Below, piece by piece: positions 1 to 15,040 of a DNA stretch of 64,000 nt. The DNA is from Phoronis australis (Eukaryota; Animalia; Phoronida). The stretch is taken from positions 264,238 through 328,237 of the forward strand of contig NMRA01000287.1 of NCBI GenBank assembly GCA_002633005.1, in the 5' to 3' direction. Each line of letters starts with the position of its first letter. Within the stretch, counting starts at the first letter, position 1. The notes under the pieces were generated by a model. That model was not told the DNA's origin. It saw only the letters and a program-made list of their open reading frames with translations, and searched no databases. The translations under genes and the position numbers were made by a program.

Positions 1-186
1 CATTATTGCTGAATCAAATTCTACAATTTTGCAGACATTTGGTAAATGCACAGATTTTTGGATAATGTCACTCATAACCTTAAAGCAAATATCCGTTTTA
101 GTCACGTGTCACTTGAGGCACTTCTAGACTCCAGCAAAATTTTAGAATTTGGTAATTGCTTATTGTTTTCTGTGTATATATCCTAG

Positions 187-331
187 GTGCCGTATTCACA
201 CGGATGTGTGATGTTCGATGAAGACGGGGTCACTTACGGTTACTTTGCGTCCAACGCTCCAGATGGAATTGACTATAGCGTTCCTCAAGTGTTACGAAAA
301 AGGAATGTGGATTACAAGGCTGTGGCAAACG
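187..331 (+). CDS. Gene A exon: EAR/EPTP-like repeat segment (VPYSHGCVMFDEDGVTYGYFASNAPDG...)
   Basis: cctag acceptor, G|gtgaac phase-1 donor that joins 573 in frame. Confidence 0.7.
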
Positions 332-3300
332 GTGAACGCACAATGAGTATCTTTAAAGTTGTCACGTTTATGGTTCGTTAGAATGTTCAGTGGGTGTAAT
401 CGTACAATAAAACAACTACTGACAAGTAGTACACTGAGTCAGTAATTTGCTTTTCGGAACCCAAAATTATAACATTTTCGATGTCTGAAATTAAACCAGC
501 ATATTGACTTCAGTGAAAGTTAAGAATTCATATAGTATCATCTATCAAACACAGTGAGCAGTCTTGTTTTAGATCTTCAGTCTCAGCATATATATGACCC
601 CCTGGGATTAGAAAGCGCGTTCATCGCCAACAGCGCAGTGACCGCCAGCAGCTATCACCCATCATGTCCACCTTATCATGCACGACTGAATTTGAAGTAC
701 GGAACCTGTCACGCTTGGGCTTCCGCCTCTTCCTCCATCATAGACGAAGAATGGCTACAAGTGGATCTCAGCTACGAGCACCACGTGACCAAGGTGGCCA
801 GTCAGGTACAACACCGTGTGTTAGTGGTTGAATTCATTCAAACGTAACCAATGTAGTTCAACGTTGTTGATTGCGTTACAACAGACATGCAGATACGTGC
901 AGATCAAGTTCGTCGATACATTTATTGCAAGAAGGCGCATTCAGCAAATCCTGTTGAGCCATTAGTTGTCGGCTGTGCTTACATCTTTCCTGTTCAAAAA
1001 TTAAATACTACATATAATAAGAAATTAATATGAGCTAACTCGGTGTCTCACTAACATCTGCGGTTCTAACTTTATGGCACAAGTGTCAAAGTGGTTTCTT
1101 GAAGTGTGCGCTAGATAAAAATATCTGATGACAAAATGCAAAGACAGCCAAAACAATACATAATAACTCAATAGTAAATGTAACTGAGTACGAGATACAC
1201 CGTAGTAAAAGGTCTATGAAGACGTAAAAAGTTATGAGTGAACAACTTAATATTATTACGGGAAACAAAGTTCTAAATTAGCCAAAGTCCGATATTCCAT
1301 GATGCAATTAGGGATGCAATTTTTTTCTCCCAGGTCTTGTAATCACGTCTTCCGGTTTATGTTCTCTCTTCCGTCTGGGAATCACGTTGTTTCCAGCTGC
1401 TGAGATGAATGTTGACTCCTGGGTTGTGTCTGTTGTCACGTTGTTCTATTGGATGTGATTTGGTACATGTAAGCGGAAGATGACGTCTGTTACAACGATA
1501 AACATCATTGCTAGACTGCACGCAATACCATTGCGATTCGTCGGCTTTTTGCAGAACGCGACCACTGCAGTCGTCAGGATTGTAACAGAGTCACCAGGTT
1601 TTAGCTCAAATAGTGATTTCGTACCTTTGTCATGCATTAGTTTACCCTGTTGCCTGAGAAACTTGTTATGGATCATGTACTTTTTGCCCGAGATGGTCTG
1701 AAGCGAATGCGTCTTGACATGAGCCTTTGAGCAGGTGATCCCAGCACAGTGTCTCTTGGAGTGTTTCGGATGTTCGTGAGGTTCAGGTGAAAATCAGATC
1801 TATCGCAGGATGATGTTTCTGGTAAGTATATTTTGCAGACTGTGCAAGTCCGTTGCTGCTATGGAAATGCGGAGAGCTGGTCATGTGATGAAGTTTACAT
1901 TCTGTATTGAAGAACGTAAGCTCTTGCAACAGATGTTGACAGCCACTCTGTTACTAACATCTTAGGTACACCAAATCTTGCGAAGTGTTGCTTCAGATTC
2001 AATTTGAGACTCTTAGAAGAGACCTCGTTTAGACTTTCAATCTCATACCAACCAGAGTAGTAGTCAACGGTGACAATGTATTGTTTACTGTACCATTCGA
2101 ATATGTCGGTTGCAACTATAGACCAAGGAGACTTTGGAACTGGAATACATCTTGAAATGCTCATTTTGCTGGTGTTTCGCTGTACTGTTGCGTCTCACAT
2201 TTACCAACATAATCGGCGATCTGTTGAGTCATCTTTGGTCAACACGTTATGTCCTTGGCTCTGCTAATGGATGATTCAATTTCTGCATGCCCAGGTACCT
2301 TGGTGATGTATTCTGGTCTGAGATCAACACAATTTATTTTCAGAATGAAACAGTCAAGCTCAACTAGTTCATTTCTTGTGGCATACATTTCTTGAAGCTG
2401 ATTCTTAAGGTGTTTCCGTGTTGGCCAAGTCTTAAGCTGAATTTCTTGATTTACTGACATGCGAGGTCAGCTGCTGTGTGCAGGATCCGATACTGCGCAG
2501 AGGACATATGATAGAGAGCCTGAGCTTCAAAGTCCTCTTCTATTTAGTTGTTATTTGTTGTTGCCGCTTGATAAGGACGAGACAAAGTGTCAGCTACATG
2601 AAGTTCACGACCCTTCTTGTGTAAGAGGTAGTCAAAGTTTTGAATTTTCATCTGGAGACGTTGTAGGTGTCGAGATGTAGAAACAAGCAGTTTTTGTATT
2701 ATCGTGACCAATGGCTGATGGTCTCTTTCAATAGTGATGCATTTCCTATACACATATGCTTGAACTTCTCGGACGCAAAACAACGGCTAGTAACTCTTAT
2801 TCAGTTTGTGCCTACCGGGTCTCGGCATCGGTCATAGAATGAAATGCAAATGCGACTGGCTTACCCTCCCGCAGACATGCTGCCTCAGTGCCGGATCGTG
2901 AAGCATCACAAGTCAGTGTTACGTCTTTGTCTCCGTTGAAGTACGTCAATGTTGTAGTTTGGTTTACCGTTGCTTGAATTTTATCGAAGGATTGAGCCGG
3001 GCAGTGTCCCAGATCCAAGGGTAGTATTTCTTCAAAAGGTCATTTAACAGTGCACCTAGTTCATCGAGGTTAGGTATGGGCTTGCTGAAATATTTTACCA
3101 GATACCCATTATTCGAAGAACGGCGGTCTTGTCTTGCGGTTACGGCATGTTCTGGATTGCTTCGTCTGGGACAGGATCGGGTTTGAGGACTATATCTGTG
3201 ATTCCGTGACGCATGTAGAGAAGCTAGTCTGAAGTGACAGTTGCCTTTACCAAGTTTGATTCCTAAGCTAATTAATCTGTGAAAGACTATTCTGACGTTA

Positions 3301-6300
3301 GCATCGTGTTCTGACACCGTTCTTCCATGAATTAGAAAACCATCCATGATTGGGAATGCATGAATAACCAGTTAGTAGCTTTCGATCGTCTGTTGGTAAA
3401 ACCTCTGATGCTGATGATATACCCATGGCATGCGTAAGCACATGTATCTTCCATATGGAGTTCCAAATGTGGTGACGTTTGCTGATTCTTCATCCAATTG
3501 AATACTGTAGAATGCATCTCGTGAATCAGGGAAAGAGAATAACTTGGCTCGGCCACGCCATCTATGGACACATCGATTGTTCGCTGTGGATAGTGACAGC
3601 TTTACTGAGGTCAACTGGATCTATGCATAGTGTGAGTATACCTGAGATTTCTTAAAGTCATCAATCGACGATATTCTGTTTGCAGGTTCTCTGACGGGCG
3701 CAAAGATACGCACATCTCATCAAGTCTCTCCTTCAGTTGTTCTTTAGGTGCTGGTGCAATTCGCCTTATTGGACTCACCACAGATTCTACCTTTGGATTG
3801 GTGATGAGTTTGTAGTTTTCCTACTTCATCGTCGAATAGGCTGGGAAATTGTTGGAGTATTGCCCTTCAAAATTGTTCAGGTGACGTTTTTTGTGTCGTG
3901 CTCATTGTGTTTATTGGTTAAAACTAACTGCACATTGAGACAATCATATATCCCAAAGAGTGTGTCTCTTGAGTTGTGGTCGATTACCTGGATCGTGATG
4001 GGTTCCGCGATGCTTGTGGGCTGAAGACGTTGCAGAGTAGTTGTGCATAGGAAGGTCATAGTTTGGACTGAGAAGCCCTTCAGTACTGCCATGTCAGATC
4101 GCTTGGACCTCGCATCAGAAATGGTTCTCATTGCTGTAAACGACATGACGTTACATTTCACCCGGGTGTCTGACGCTGAGGCCAGAGCCACTGAGAAGGA
4201 GTGGAATGCTCGAATTTCTGCCAGGTGCAGTCAAGCGCTCCTCGGAGCTGTGAAGATGTAATGTTCCTGATGTTCTATTCTGCCAATGAAAAAATATTAC
4301 ATTTATCGGCTTCATCTGTATAGTGGGACACTTTATGGATCTTTTTCGGTCGGGATTTGTGCCATCCATGTTTTGTGACTAAGGGTTTCTTTGTTGGTTG
4401 GCATTGGACGATGAGCGTGATAGATGGGTGCTACTACCACTGCAGCAAACGTGGGGAAAGTGGTTCCACTTGCTACAGCGACAACACAGATTACCATTTT
4501 CTTGGCATGCGCTTTTTTATCTAGGTCGATCCCCACCACAAGTCATGAACTTGCTTGGCTTTGATCTTCGTTTGTGTTTTTGTGTCATGTGCACTTCAGT
4601 TGTTGGCTGCTTTATAGTTTTGGCATCATTCTTAGAAAGAATACTTTTGTACTTGGCATATGTTAATGACCGCTTGGAGGGCGAGATCAGGTTCCCGAAG
4701 CATTTGCACCGTAGAGTTATGATTAGCCACCCCGATAACTACTCTGTCTTGGATCATTTGATCTTTCAAAAAGTCGCCAAATTCTCAATTATCAGGATGG
4801 ATACGCAGGTCTACCACAACATTTCCAAAGGTTTCTGACAGCTGTCGAAATGTAAACGAGTTGTCTGAATTTAGATTTGGGTTTTTACGTGACTCACTAG
4901 TCACATCGAAATGTTCATTTGCGTTCTATAGCCTCTCAGCTAAGTTAAGCAAAATTTAAGTCTTTAGTTTATATATTTCTTGTCGTGAGTGGCGTTGAAG
5001 AAAGTATGAAAGTCTCGCTCAAAAACACGCTAGATTTCTGCGACATTGCCATCAAATGCATAGGCTGAACACGTGTAGAATTTTCAAATTGTTGACTTAG
5101 AACCAGTTCTTAACAAATCTTTGGTCCAACCCCCTTTTGAAAAATCCTGGATCCGCCCCTAAAATGCTAGTGGGTTAGATTTCCCAAGTCTATCTGCCAT
5201 TACTTACAACAGCTCCGTGCAGATACGAGAACATCAATTTGATGAGTTAAAGATCAGACCATATTCGCCGATACATTTATTACAAGATGACGTATTTAAC
5301 AATTCCCGCAGTGCCATCTATTGTAGGCTACTTACAACCTTGTTTCTCGATGTGTGTGTTTTTGCGTTTTTTCATCCAGGGGCGGTCAGATGCAGCGCAA
5401 TGGGTCATCAGTTATAAACTCAAGTTCTCAACAGATGGCGAAAGTTTCCTTTGTATCGGTGGCTCCACGTGCAAGGTAATAACGTTGCAAAGCCCTTCTT
5501 TTGACAAAATGTGAAATTCATGTGATTACTAATTTGGAAACGCACAAACTTCGTTGACATAAATGGCACCAGGCTTTTTAATTTTAGCTTTTGATTGGAC
5601 ATTGCACGCAACAGATATCTATGTGGACACTTCTCAGATTAAAGTAGAATGCCACCCAAAAACAATTTGTTTGTATCAATTTAGATCGAGTATTTCCACT
5701 CGATAACAGCAAGTACAGTTCTTTTACCTGACACCTGACGGCATGCAGACGGAGGCGTTTAAATTAACTAATGACGTCAGAGAGGTTCAAACGCAGCCTG
5801 TTCAGCAGATCACAATACGCTTACTGGTGTCTGCTTTTCGCTTGAATTCATTGTTTTACACCAATAAATGATCAAAATATGATATAAAACCCTTACAAAT
5901 ACATCGAGTTCTTGAAAAAAACGTGTTATTTCGCTGTTACGGGTGTTAGGAATGTAACGTGGCAAAGTTCGGTGGATCAATTTACTAAGGTAGGTCGCGG
6001 GAGTATGGGGTCTGTTCGGTGATAAATTCGGATTATCCTTCCATGAAATACAGACATGAGAACATAGCTTTGTGTTGTAATTTTAGACTTGCATTAGTTT
6101 TTTATTCTAAACACACAAAACGCTTGTTATCTCAGCCAATGGCTCGGAACCCGGATCAGGCCCGTCGCGGACGGGGTGAAAGCAACAAACATAAACAAGC
6201 TAAAGTTAGAAACTAAACTTCCAGTCACGAAAAAACCATACTAGTGATCCAAAGAAATAATGTTCACGCATTTTGGTGAATTATCTGCGAAACCAGTGGC

Positions 6301-9300
6301 GTTTTTAAGGGGGAGTGGGATGCATGGGGCAATGGCCCCCTTAAATTTTTCCCATATTTCATTTGGCACTTCTGGGTGCGAATTCTGACGAGCAAAATTC
6401 TGGCTTTTACTCTGCTCTGCCCCCTAACTTAAAATCCTGGATCCACCCCTGGAAACTGCAAATCTACTTACTAGATCGTTGGGGGCAGCGAAGTAAGGTT
6501 AACATTCCACAGTACCGTTAGAGCAAAACTTGTACAGTACAGTAACAATGTATATGAATATCTAAGTAAAGACTACCCTAATACTTGACCATAGGATACA
6601 AAATCGAGTTATTGTTTCCCAACAGCTCTTTGTCAGCAAAAACTGAATTAGCATGCGCTCACACGGCCTCGGTGCCCGGTGAATTTGTTTATTGCATCTG
6701 AAGCCGGTAGCGCAGTGATTTATTCATTGTTCAAAACATTTGCATTCACGAACACTCCAAAGGCATTACAAACTGTATTTAATGAGACAGACTTTGTTTC
6801 AGTTTTATATAAGCATTGTCTAGGGTGAGAATAATTCAGTTTGAAACAGAACACACAATAATAAACGTCAACATGCCAACTCGCAATACCAACTTAGACG
6901 AGTGCTCATCCGACGAAGACTTCACAGGTCGATCGTTAGGTTTCACAGGCTATCAGTTCGAACCGGAATACACTGATCCAGAAATACTAGAGAGGCGACG
7001 TGAACGTGCACAGACTACGGAACATATGGATAGTTTCGGAAACCGTTCGAATGACTTGTCATGGTATCAGTGCGCTAATTGCACGATAATGGAACGACTG
7101 ACGCTTGCATTGGCTTCCACGAAATTCCGCAATTTAAACGCCTTCTTGGAGACGCACAGATGTGTCTCACGGGCCATCCTGATTTTTGCACTACATCTGA
7201 ACAGGAGTTTGCTTACGACGTTTTTAGGGCTGGGAAAAAGAACTGGCAAAAACATCCTACACCCAGAGGACCAAACAGAATCCTGAACAAAGAGTCAGTC
7301 ATCAAACAGGTTAAATAAAACGCTATATGTTCTCATGCCTTGAATTAATTGTATTTGGTTATGTTTTCATGGACAAATACAATTCTCCACAATCAAAAAC
7401 TGATCAACAACCGATCCGCGTTTCTTTGCCTCCTGCCTGCAGAACACAAACACACTAGGCGCAATATCTGACTTTAGCCTCAGTCTCTTTTTTGCTGTCC
7501 CTGCATGAGCTGTTTAGTAAGCCGGCATTTGATGGTCAGTGAAATCACTATCGACGAAATACCGGTCACAGACACAGAAGTTTTACGGCCTGAAACTTGT
7601 TATTAACGACGTACCTTTCATTCTTGACTACCACAAGCCACTTCTGAAGCATTACGGGCTCTCGAAGAAGTCGGAAAAACGATATACCCGGTTTCCTCGC
7701 ATCTTCATGGTTCACACGAGCTGGAACAATAAGTAATGAAAATAGAATAGCGGCAGTCACTCTGCAGAAGAACCCCTGACGTCGCTGAGTCGTTTGCACC
7801 TTCCTCACAGGTAAACACGACACCTCTCGGCGAGGTTAAATCGAGGTGATGTGGATATAGACCGATTAAGGTGGTAAAAGACTTATTAAATTAGGTGGCA
7901 TTCTCCTTCAACGGGGTTCTCAACCTTTGTTATATTTAGTGTTTCTTGAATGGATTAGAAAGTCACCGTGTAGACCTCGCTTCCTATAAATTTCTTAGAT
8001 TTTTGGTGGAAATGCTGACCAAACTACAATCGTGTCACACCAGTTGGAAGCAGAGATCACAGCTCGCTATATACGGTTTTATGTAGAGACTTACCACAGT
8101 TATCCCGCCATGAGAGCAGAAGTATACGGATACAGAACAGGCTTTGAAGCAGGTAAGCTCTTACAACTTCTACTGTTTCTACCTATATAGAAGGAAATGC
8201 ACCACATATGATTACAGTCTCTCCTTCTAGACTATGCATTGTGGTGCATTTTTTAAGTTCTAAGTTTGAAATAAATTCTTTATTAAATTGAAAGGTATGA
8301 TTGTTTCACTTTGGGTTCTGCTTCAGGTCATTCAAAAATGCAGAATTTTCACTGGGTAAACTAAATTTTCAAACTACTTTTTCTCCATTGCCTTCAAATA
8401 TTCCAACATTACTGTATTTTATTTTGATGACTTAAAACCCTCGGTGTGGCTACTGATACATGTACACTTAAGAGGGTTAGGCCTACTCGTTCCATCTCAG
8501 ACAAAGCACCTGTCCTCTGCATCTCAAATTTCCCTAATTCTAACACTGGCGGCACATACATGTACATCCATTGAATCAGATACTAATACTGTCGGCAGAT
8601 ATTTTTGAACTGATTATACAATAACTTGATGCAGTGATGAGTAGTAATTAGGTTGTTAACACACCACGTCAGTGAATGATTAATTTCCACACGAGACAAC
8701 TCCTACGCTGACATTCGAAGGTTTTTGTCACCCGCGATGCCCAAGCGAGCCTAAGCAAGGCTGTGACTTACCCGTCCACAGCGAGTTGGAGCTTAATATT
8801 TGTGGCTTAGCCGTGATGCTGAAGAAAATCTATTCGCTAATTTCTGTCATAATGCACCGACTTTAAAAATTCAAACATTGCTTTACTTTTCAATTTTAGA
8901 AACTATCTTGTTGTTTGTTTCTTGACCAGGAAACTCCTAGTACGCTAAACAGGCGAGCTGGTTTATTACGGTAATTATCTCATTAAGCACGTTTAGTCAA
9001 GTCTATGAGTAGCGACTATCTGCAATCCTTTGATGTGCCGAGGACTTCGTTGCATACTATGGGGGTAAACAGTGACAGTGCACGCTTTCTCGTCCACTTG
9101 AGTGCAAATCCTGTCAACGTAAGATTTGCCTAATGCACCTTTTCATTTTTCAGTGAAAGGCGAAATTTCTGCTCTGGGCGTGGAAGATTACACACTTCCC
9201 CTCGCCAACTTTTACGCGACTTCCCAGCACGGCGATTGTACACTACCCTACATCCGGCTCCGGTCATCACGTGCTCTCTGCTTCTCGAGCAGTTCTCAGT

Positions 9301-12300
9301 CCACTGATTACGTACAAGTTGACCTGGGTCGTCTGTACTACGTCACTAAGACAGCAACGCAGGTGAGACCTGGTATGCATTCCACAATGTAAGAAATTCA
9401 CGTGACGTCACAGAAGGCACTTGTTGGATTAATTTCTGAGAAACCGGTTATGTTCCAAAAAATAACTTCAAACTCAGCTTTCAGTTTTGTTTATGAAATG
9501 AAATAAGACTGAAAGATGTGGCGAACGAAGAATACACGTATGTGCTATTGAGGCGGTCTGTGATTTTAAAAGTGCGCAGATGTCCTGAGAGAAGACATGG
9601 CAGTGTTGAAGATGGCCCCGAATGCCACGTAAATTATAGGAAAACACGATTTTTGAAAGTATCACAATGTATGCATTATACAGTGTAATTATCGCTATTT
9701 AGCGCAATAGCTGTTGTTTGTCAAAAGTGTCACGCTCCTGTCTGCTGGAGACGTCCCATAGCCCATGCTTCTTGTTAACATCTGGTGACCCCCCATCTAA
9801 CGTCAAAAAGCAAAAAATGGTCAGTTTGTTGATTTGAAGTAAAACGCATTAAAAGACGATCCTCGTAAAGTCAATGGTATTGTCTCGTTTTCACTTTCGT
9901 TGCAGTCAAAATGATCAAATGGATGCTTGTCCTGAACATCTTTACCAAATAGGCGTTTATTTACAGGGTCGCCAACAAGGCGGACAATGGGTGACTCAGT
10001 TGAAAATATTCATCTCAACCGACGGAAACAGCTTCGACTGTGTCACTGATCCTGTAACGGGCTCTTGTAATACGGTAAGATGTAAACTTGCAACCGTAAG
10101 ATACATAGCTTGCATTATAGTGCTTCGGTAAACGTGTGTGGCTTTTTAAAGGCGTTTCCAAACACGTGATCGACGAATAAGGCAGATAAGAACCAAAGAA
10201 TTCCCATAAATTGACGCTTTTGAATAGTCACGTGACACCATTTCTAGACAACTTACTCAAGCAGAGTTTGAGATAAATAAGTCCGTAGCGGTCCATCGAT
10301 CATAACCTTTGATTTTGAGGAATAGGTTACTTTGTGAAACCAAGCAGCAATTGACCTCATTCGTCTGGGAATGACGTTATCAACCCAATTGCCACATTTT
10401 CGTAGGGAAGTTGCGATGCCGTGAGTGAGCTTAGACGGAAAGAGTTTTCTACTTGAACAAGTACACTTCTTAAGCTCTCCAAGAAGTCAGGTCTATGCTT
10501 TTAAATTTGAATGTTTTTGTATCTCCTCCTAACAGGACAGTTCTCACATTCCTAATTTGGGGCAGTTATCTTCACAGCAAGCAAGCATGTGTAATTTTAA
10601 TGTACACACAAATAGTATTTATTTCAAGTTATATAAATATAAAGAAATTTCCATGCTGACCAAGTGACGCTTATCTATTTCTGACACGTTCTGCAGTGAC
10701 AACTGGATTAATTAAGCCGGTTGGTGAACCAAACTGCGAATCACAAACAGTACTTGCTGTTCGTTCATGTTCTTGAACAGTTCAACAGGTATTGCTTTCC
10801 ATGTTAGGCATGTGCTATTAGACATCCGCTAGACTAAAAATGCGAATGCTTGATCAGTTCACAGGTAATTCAGACAAAGACTCTGTAGTTTACCAAGTTT
10901 TCCCAAGAGGTGCTGTAATTGCGCGACATGTGCGGATGCAACCGACTGCCTATTACGGTCACAAATCTTTTCGTATCGAGGTGTACGGATATAGTGAAGG
11001 TAAGTAACGCGTCAAATAGCAGAGCAGAACCAGGTTAGCTCACGAAATATGAGTATAATGACAAAGTTCCACCTTTAAACTAGTAGCTACGGGGTAGCGG
11101 GCCTCCATTTATAAAATAATTGGCGCTCCGTAAGAAACCACCTACGTGCATGGAAAGGTGCTACGTAACAAAGTCTCGAGTTTAATATGGAATATGGAAA
11201 CTAGATTTCTGGAAAGTTTTAAATCTGGTTGACATTTTTAGACAAATTAAAGCATACACTCTGTACATTAACTGCATTGATGTGGAATTAACGCATATTC
11301 TTTGAATTCCAGATACTTATATTGAACGAGCATTTGGTATAAGAACAGGAGTGATACCACTGTCTCAAATCTCTGCCACATCAACCCACGGTGATTGCCC
11401 CCTAGCGTATATTCCACTTAACTCTGGCAACTCGTGGTGTGCCTCATCAAACTCAAATCCTAATGACGCGATCACAATCGATCTCGGCAAAGTTCGAGTG
11501 GTCACGAGAACGGCTCTTCAGGCAAGTAACCATATACGGGTTGAGAGTGCGCAGGGCAAAGAACTGTCCGAAAATGACATGAATAACGGCCGTTTTGAGG
11601 GGTAATACGGACATTTTTCAGTCAAAGAAAATGAGGTTGGAACACCCTGGGGTCACCTGGGTCCGCCATTGTTCATGTGTAGCTTGTCATTAACCTCGAA
11701 GATCCAAGGAACTGAAATACGTCACGCGAGACACAAAGCTTCAATCAGCTATGTCAATCTGTTCTCCTCTTGGACCTCAAACAAACCTCTGTCTTTGTAA
11801 GCATAGGTTCAAGAAACCGACTGCTTTAAAGGGAATTTTGAGGGTGTTTCCTCTGCATCCATGCTTCTCTAGACGATTATGTTAAGGTTATAATGGCTCT
11901 GCGTATTACGTAACCAAAATCTCCATGAGTTTGGCCATTGCATCTTACCCTAGTGGATACGTGGCTGTGAATCGTCCACCTTTATTACTCTCGCCGGAAG
12001 GATTGGAAAGACTAAATAACATCAAATCAAGACAAAAATGATTTAAAAATGACAAATTCGACAGCATGTCCAACGCCGCTCTGAAAATAAACCACATTTA
12101 CGTTATTGACAGTCACTCCTGTTGCAAACTACTGTAAAGACTAATACTGTCACGGTGACTGCATTAATTGCAATGGTTAATCTAGGACCCGGTCCTATGT
12201 TGCTTTGCCGATTACTAAAAGTCCTCGCTCCAAGAATGTCATCTGAAACCAAGTCATTTTGAGCTCATCCTTAGTGACCACCCCAACAAAATAAACCATC

Positions 12301-14998
12301 TGATAATACAACCCTATCCATCATCGTCCACGGAATATAGGCCAGATATGCCCTCAGACACCAACTCTCAACAAACCCACTCTCAAGTAGTTGACGACCA
12401 CAGCTTTTCAGTGGAACGTGGCTTTTGGTTTTTCCTTTTTGTTCTCATGCACGATGTTACAACAGCTATGGGAAGAAGGCATTCAAAAACTGACGGCCAT
12501 CCACTGTAAGAACACAACAATGATGCCAATATCAATTTTTCTGTCTTACGCAGGGACGGGTCTCACATAACCAATATGTTTTGACACTGAAGATACTTTT
12601 GTCACAAGATGGCACTAACTACAATTGTCTCAAGGCCAGCGGAGCTAACAACTGCAAGACGGTAAGCGATGTCCCATTCCAGAGATTGACGAGTTTAGTG
12701 TTGCTAGGAAGGGACAACTGTTTCGTTTTTATGCCACTTTCGATGTTTTTCTTAAAAATTATAAAAGTTCTAGATTTGATAGCCCTTCATGCAAAAATTG
12801 AAATTTTAAAAACAATTGTCAACCGTGCTTTCGAGAATAGTGCATAAAATAGGATGTCTAAACATTTCATATTAGCCGGATGAGCCATTTCGGAGACATG
12901 TTGCTCTAAAATTTTCACTCTTTTTGAGTGTCCTCCATTATCTTAAAGGAGAATGCCACCTGATTCAATTAGTCTTTTTTATCGTCTTAATCGCTCGATA
13001 TCCACATCGCCTCGCATACGTTCGACCTTACCTTGCTGAGAGGTGTCGCGATAACCTCAGGAAGGTGAGAAACAACGCAGCGACGTTCAACGGTTAGTGG
13101 TTTATTTGCAGAGTAAATGCGCATCGTTCCCACTTGTCCGAGTTATGCAACTGCGAGGAAAGCGGGTATATCGTTTTTTCGACTTCCTGGAGAGTCTGAA
13201 GTGCTTAGGAAGTGGCTTGCGGTAGTAAAGAATGAAAAGTACGCTGTTAATAGCAAGTACGAAGCCGTGAAACACCTCCGTGTCTGTGGCCGGCAGTCGT
13301 CAAATGCCGGGTTACCAAAGAACTATCTAACGCTCCGTTGCCTTTGCATGTTCACGGCACCTCTCAAGTATTTCTTGATCACTGTATTCCGGTATTCCGA
13401 TCCACCTGCGAAGACTTCGTTGGATGAGCGGATTGCGAGTTGCCATGTTGACGTTTATTATTCTGCGTTCTGTTTCAAAATTAATTATTCTCACCCTAAC
13501 TATTGCTTATATAAAACTGAAACAAAGTCTGTCTCATAAGATACGGTTTGTAATGCCTTTGGAGTATTCGTGAGTGCTAATGTTTCCAGAAGCCAGCAGT
13601 GAATAAACCACTGCGTCACCGGCTTTAGATGCAATAAAGGTAATTGACCGGGCACCGAAGCCGTGTGAGCGCATACTTATTCAGTGTTTGCTGCTAGAAA
13701 GCTGTTGTGAAACAATAACTCGATTTTATATGCTGTGACCACATGTTAAGGGAATCTTTATTTAGATTTACAAATACATTTTTCACATCATTGGCCTTGA
13801 CGTTTCTGTAAAAGGGCAACTTGACTTCACGATAACCGACAAGTAAGTAGATTTGCAGTTTCGTGACTAATTCACAAAAATAATTACAAAGTGCACTTTA
13901 ATTCTTTGGCTCACTAGTGACTGGAGGTTTAGTTACCAACTATGTTCTTGATGTCCAGTCCCGGCGGCCGCGACGGGCCAAATCGGGTTCCGAGGCACTA
14001 GCTGGAATGACAATCGTTTTGTGTGTTTAGAACTGAAAAAATGCCAGTCTAAACGTGCAACACACAGTTATCTTTCATGTCCTTATTTCACGGAAGAACG
14101 ATTCGAATTTATCTCCAAACAGACCCAAACTCCCGCGATCGACCATGACAAATTGGCCTACCGAACTTCAGAGTCTACACTCATTCATCAAACTCTGTAG
14201 GCTATCGTACTTTCAAATACCTACAAACCCGTAACAATGATATAAAACAACACGTTTGTTCAAGAACTCGATATATTTGTAAGGGTTTTACATCGAAGTT
14301 TGATGATTTATTGGTGTAAAACGATGCATTCAAGCGCCAAGTTGACACCACTAAGAGTGTTGTGAACGGCTGAACAGACTGCTTTCGAACCGATTACGTC
14401 ATTGGTTAATTTCAACACCTCCGTCTGCCGTCAGGTGTCGGGTAAAACAACTCAACTTGCTGTTATCGAGTGGAACTACTCGATCTAAATTGATACAAAA
14501 TAGGTTGCTTTTTGGGCGGCATTCTCCTTTAAGTCGTCCATATAGTTATGACTAGGATAATAAAAAATGTCCAAAATTGATTTGCATACCTGAGACATTG
14601 CTCATTGAACTCAATAAAACACTTATCTTGCTTTGTACACTGTTCCCCAAAGCAGTTAAGAATTGCCTATGAAATGATTCTCTTTTGCAAGGACTACCAA
14701 AAATTGGTATTTTATGATCGTATACGAAAAGAATCAAGTTTCATGAAATGAAATAAGAATTAACATTTAGAAAGCTTAAAAAGCTTTTTTACGATTTCAT
14801 ATTCATCACTTTTATCAAAAGAAATTTGGTCATGTTATTCATGCCGTTGTTTTGCTGTGTGTGGAGCTTGTTTTTCCCAAAATTTTGGATCCTGTGACTG
14901 AATGAATTTCAAGCTAGTATCAAAACAGAAAATGTGTCCTTTTACCATTATCCACTAAACCACAATAACACAACTCTCGCATAATATATATTTATATA

Positions 14999-15040
<42 letters not shown>

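Noticed and set aside
4398-4838. 146-aa + strand ORF and similar antisense ORFs over TEs
   Set aside because: Shadow ORFs opposite degenerate gag/pol sequence
10771-10795. Duplicated acceptor (gaacag TTCAACAGGT) upstream of exon 10858
   Set aside because: Only a short resemblance; it does not give the F5/8C reading frame
12160-12200. 2A-like NPGP motif of a LINE
   Set aside because: No D(V/I)ExNPGP consensus in an open frame
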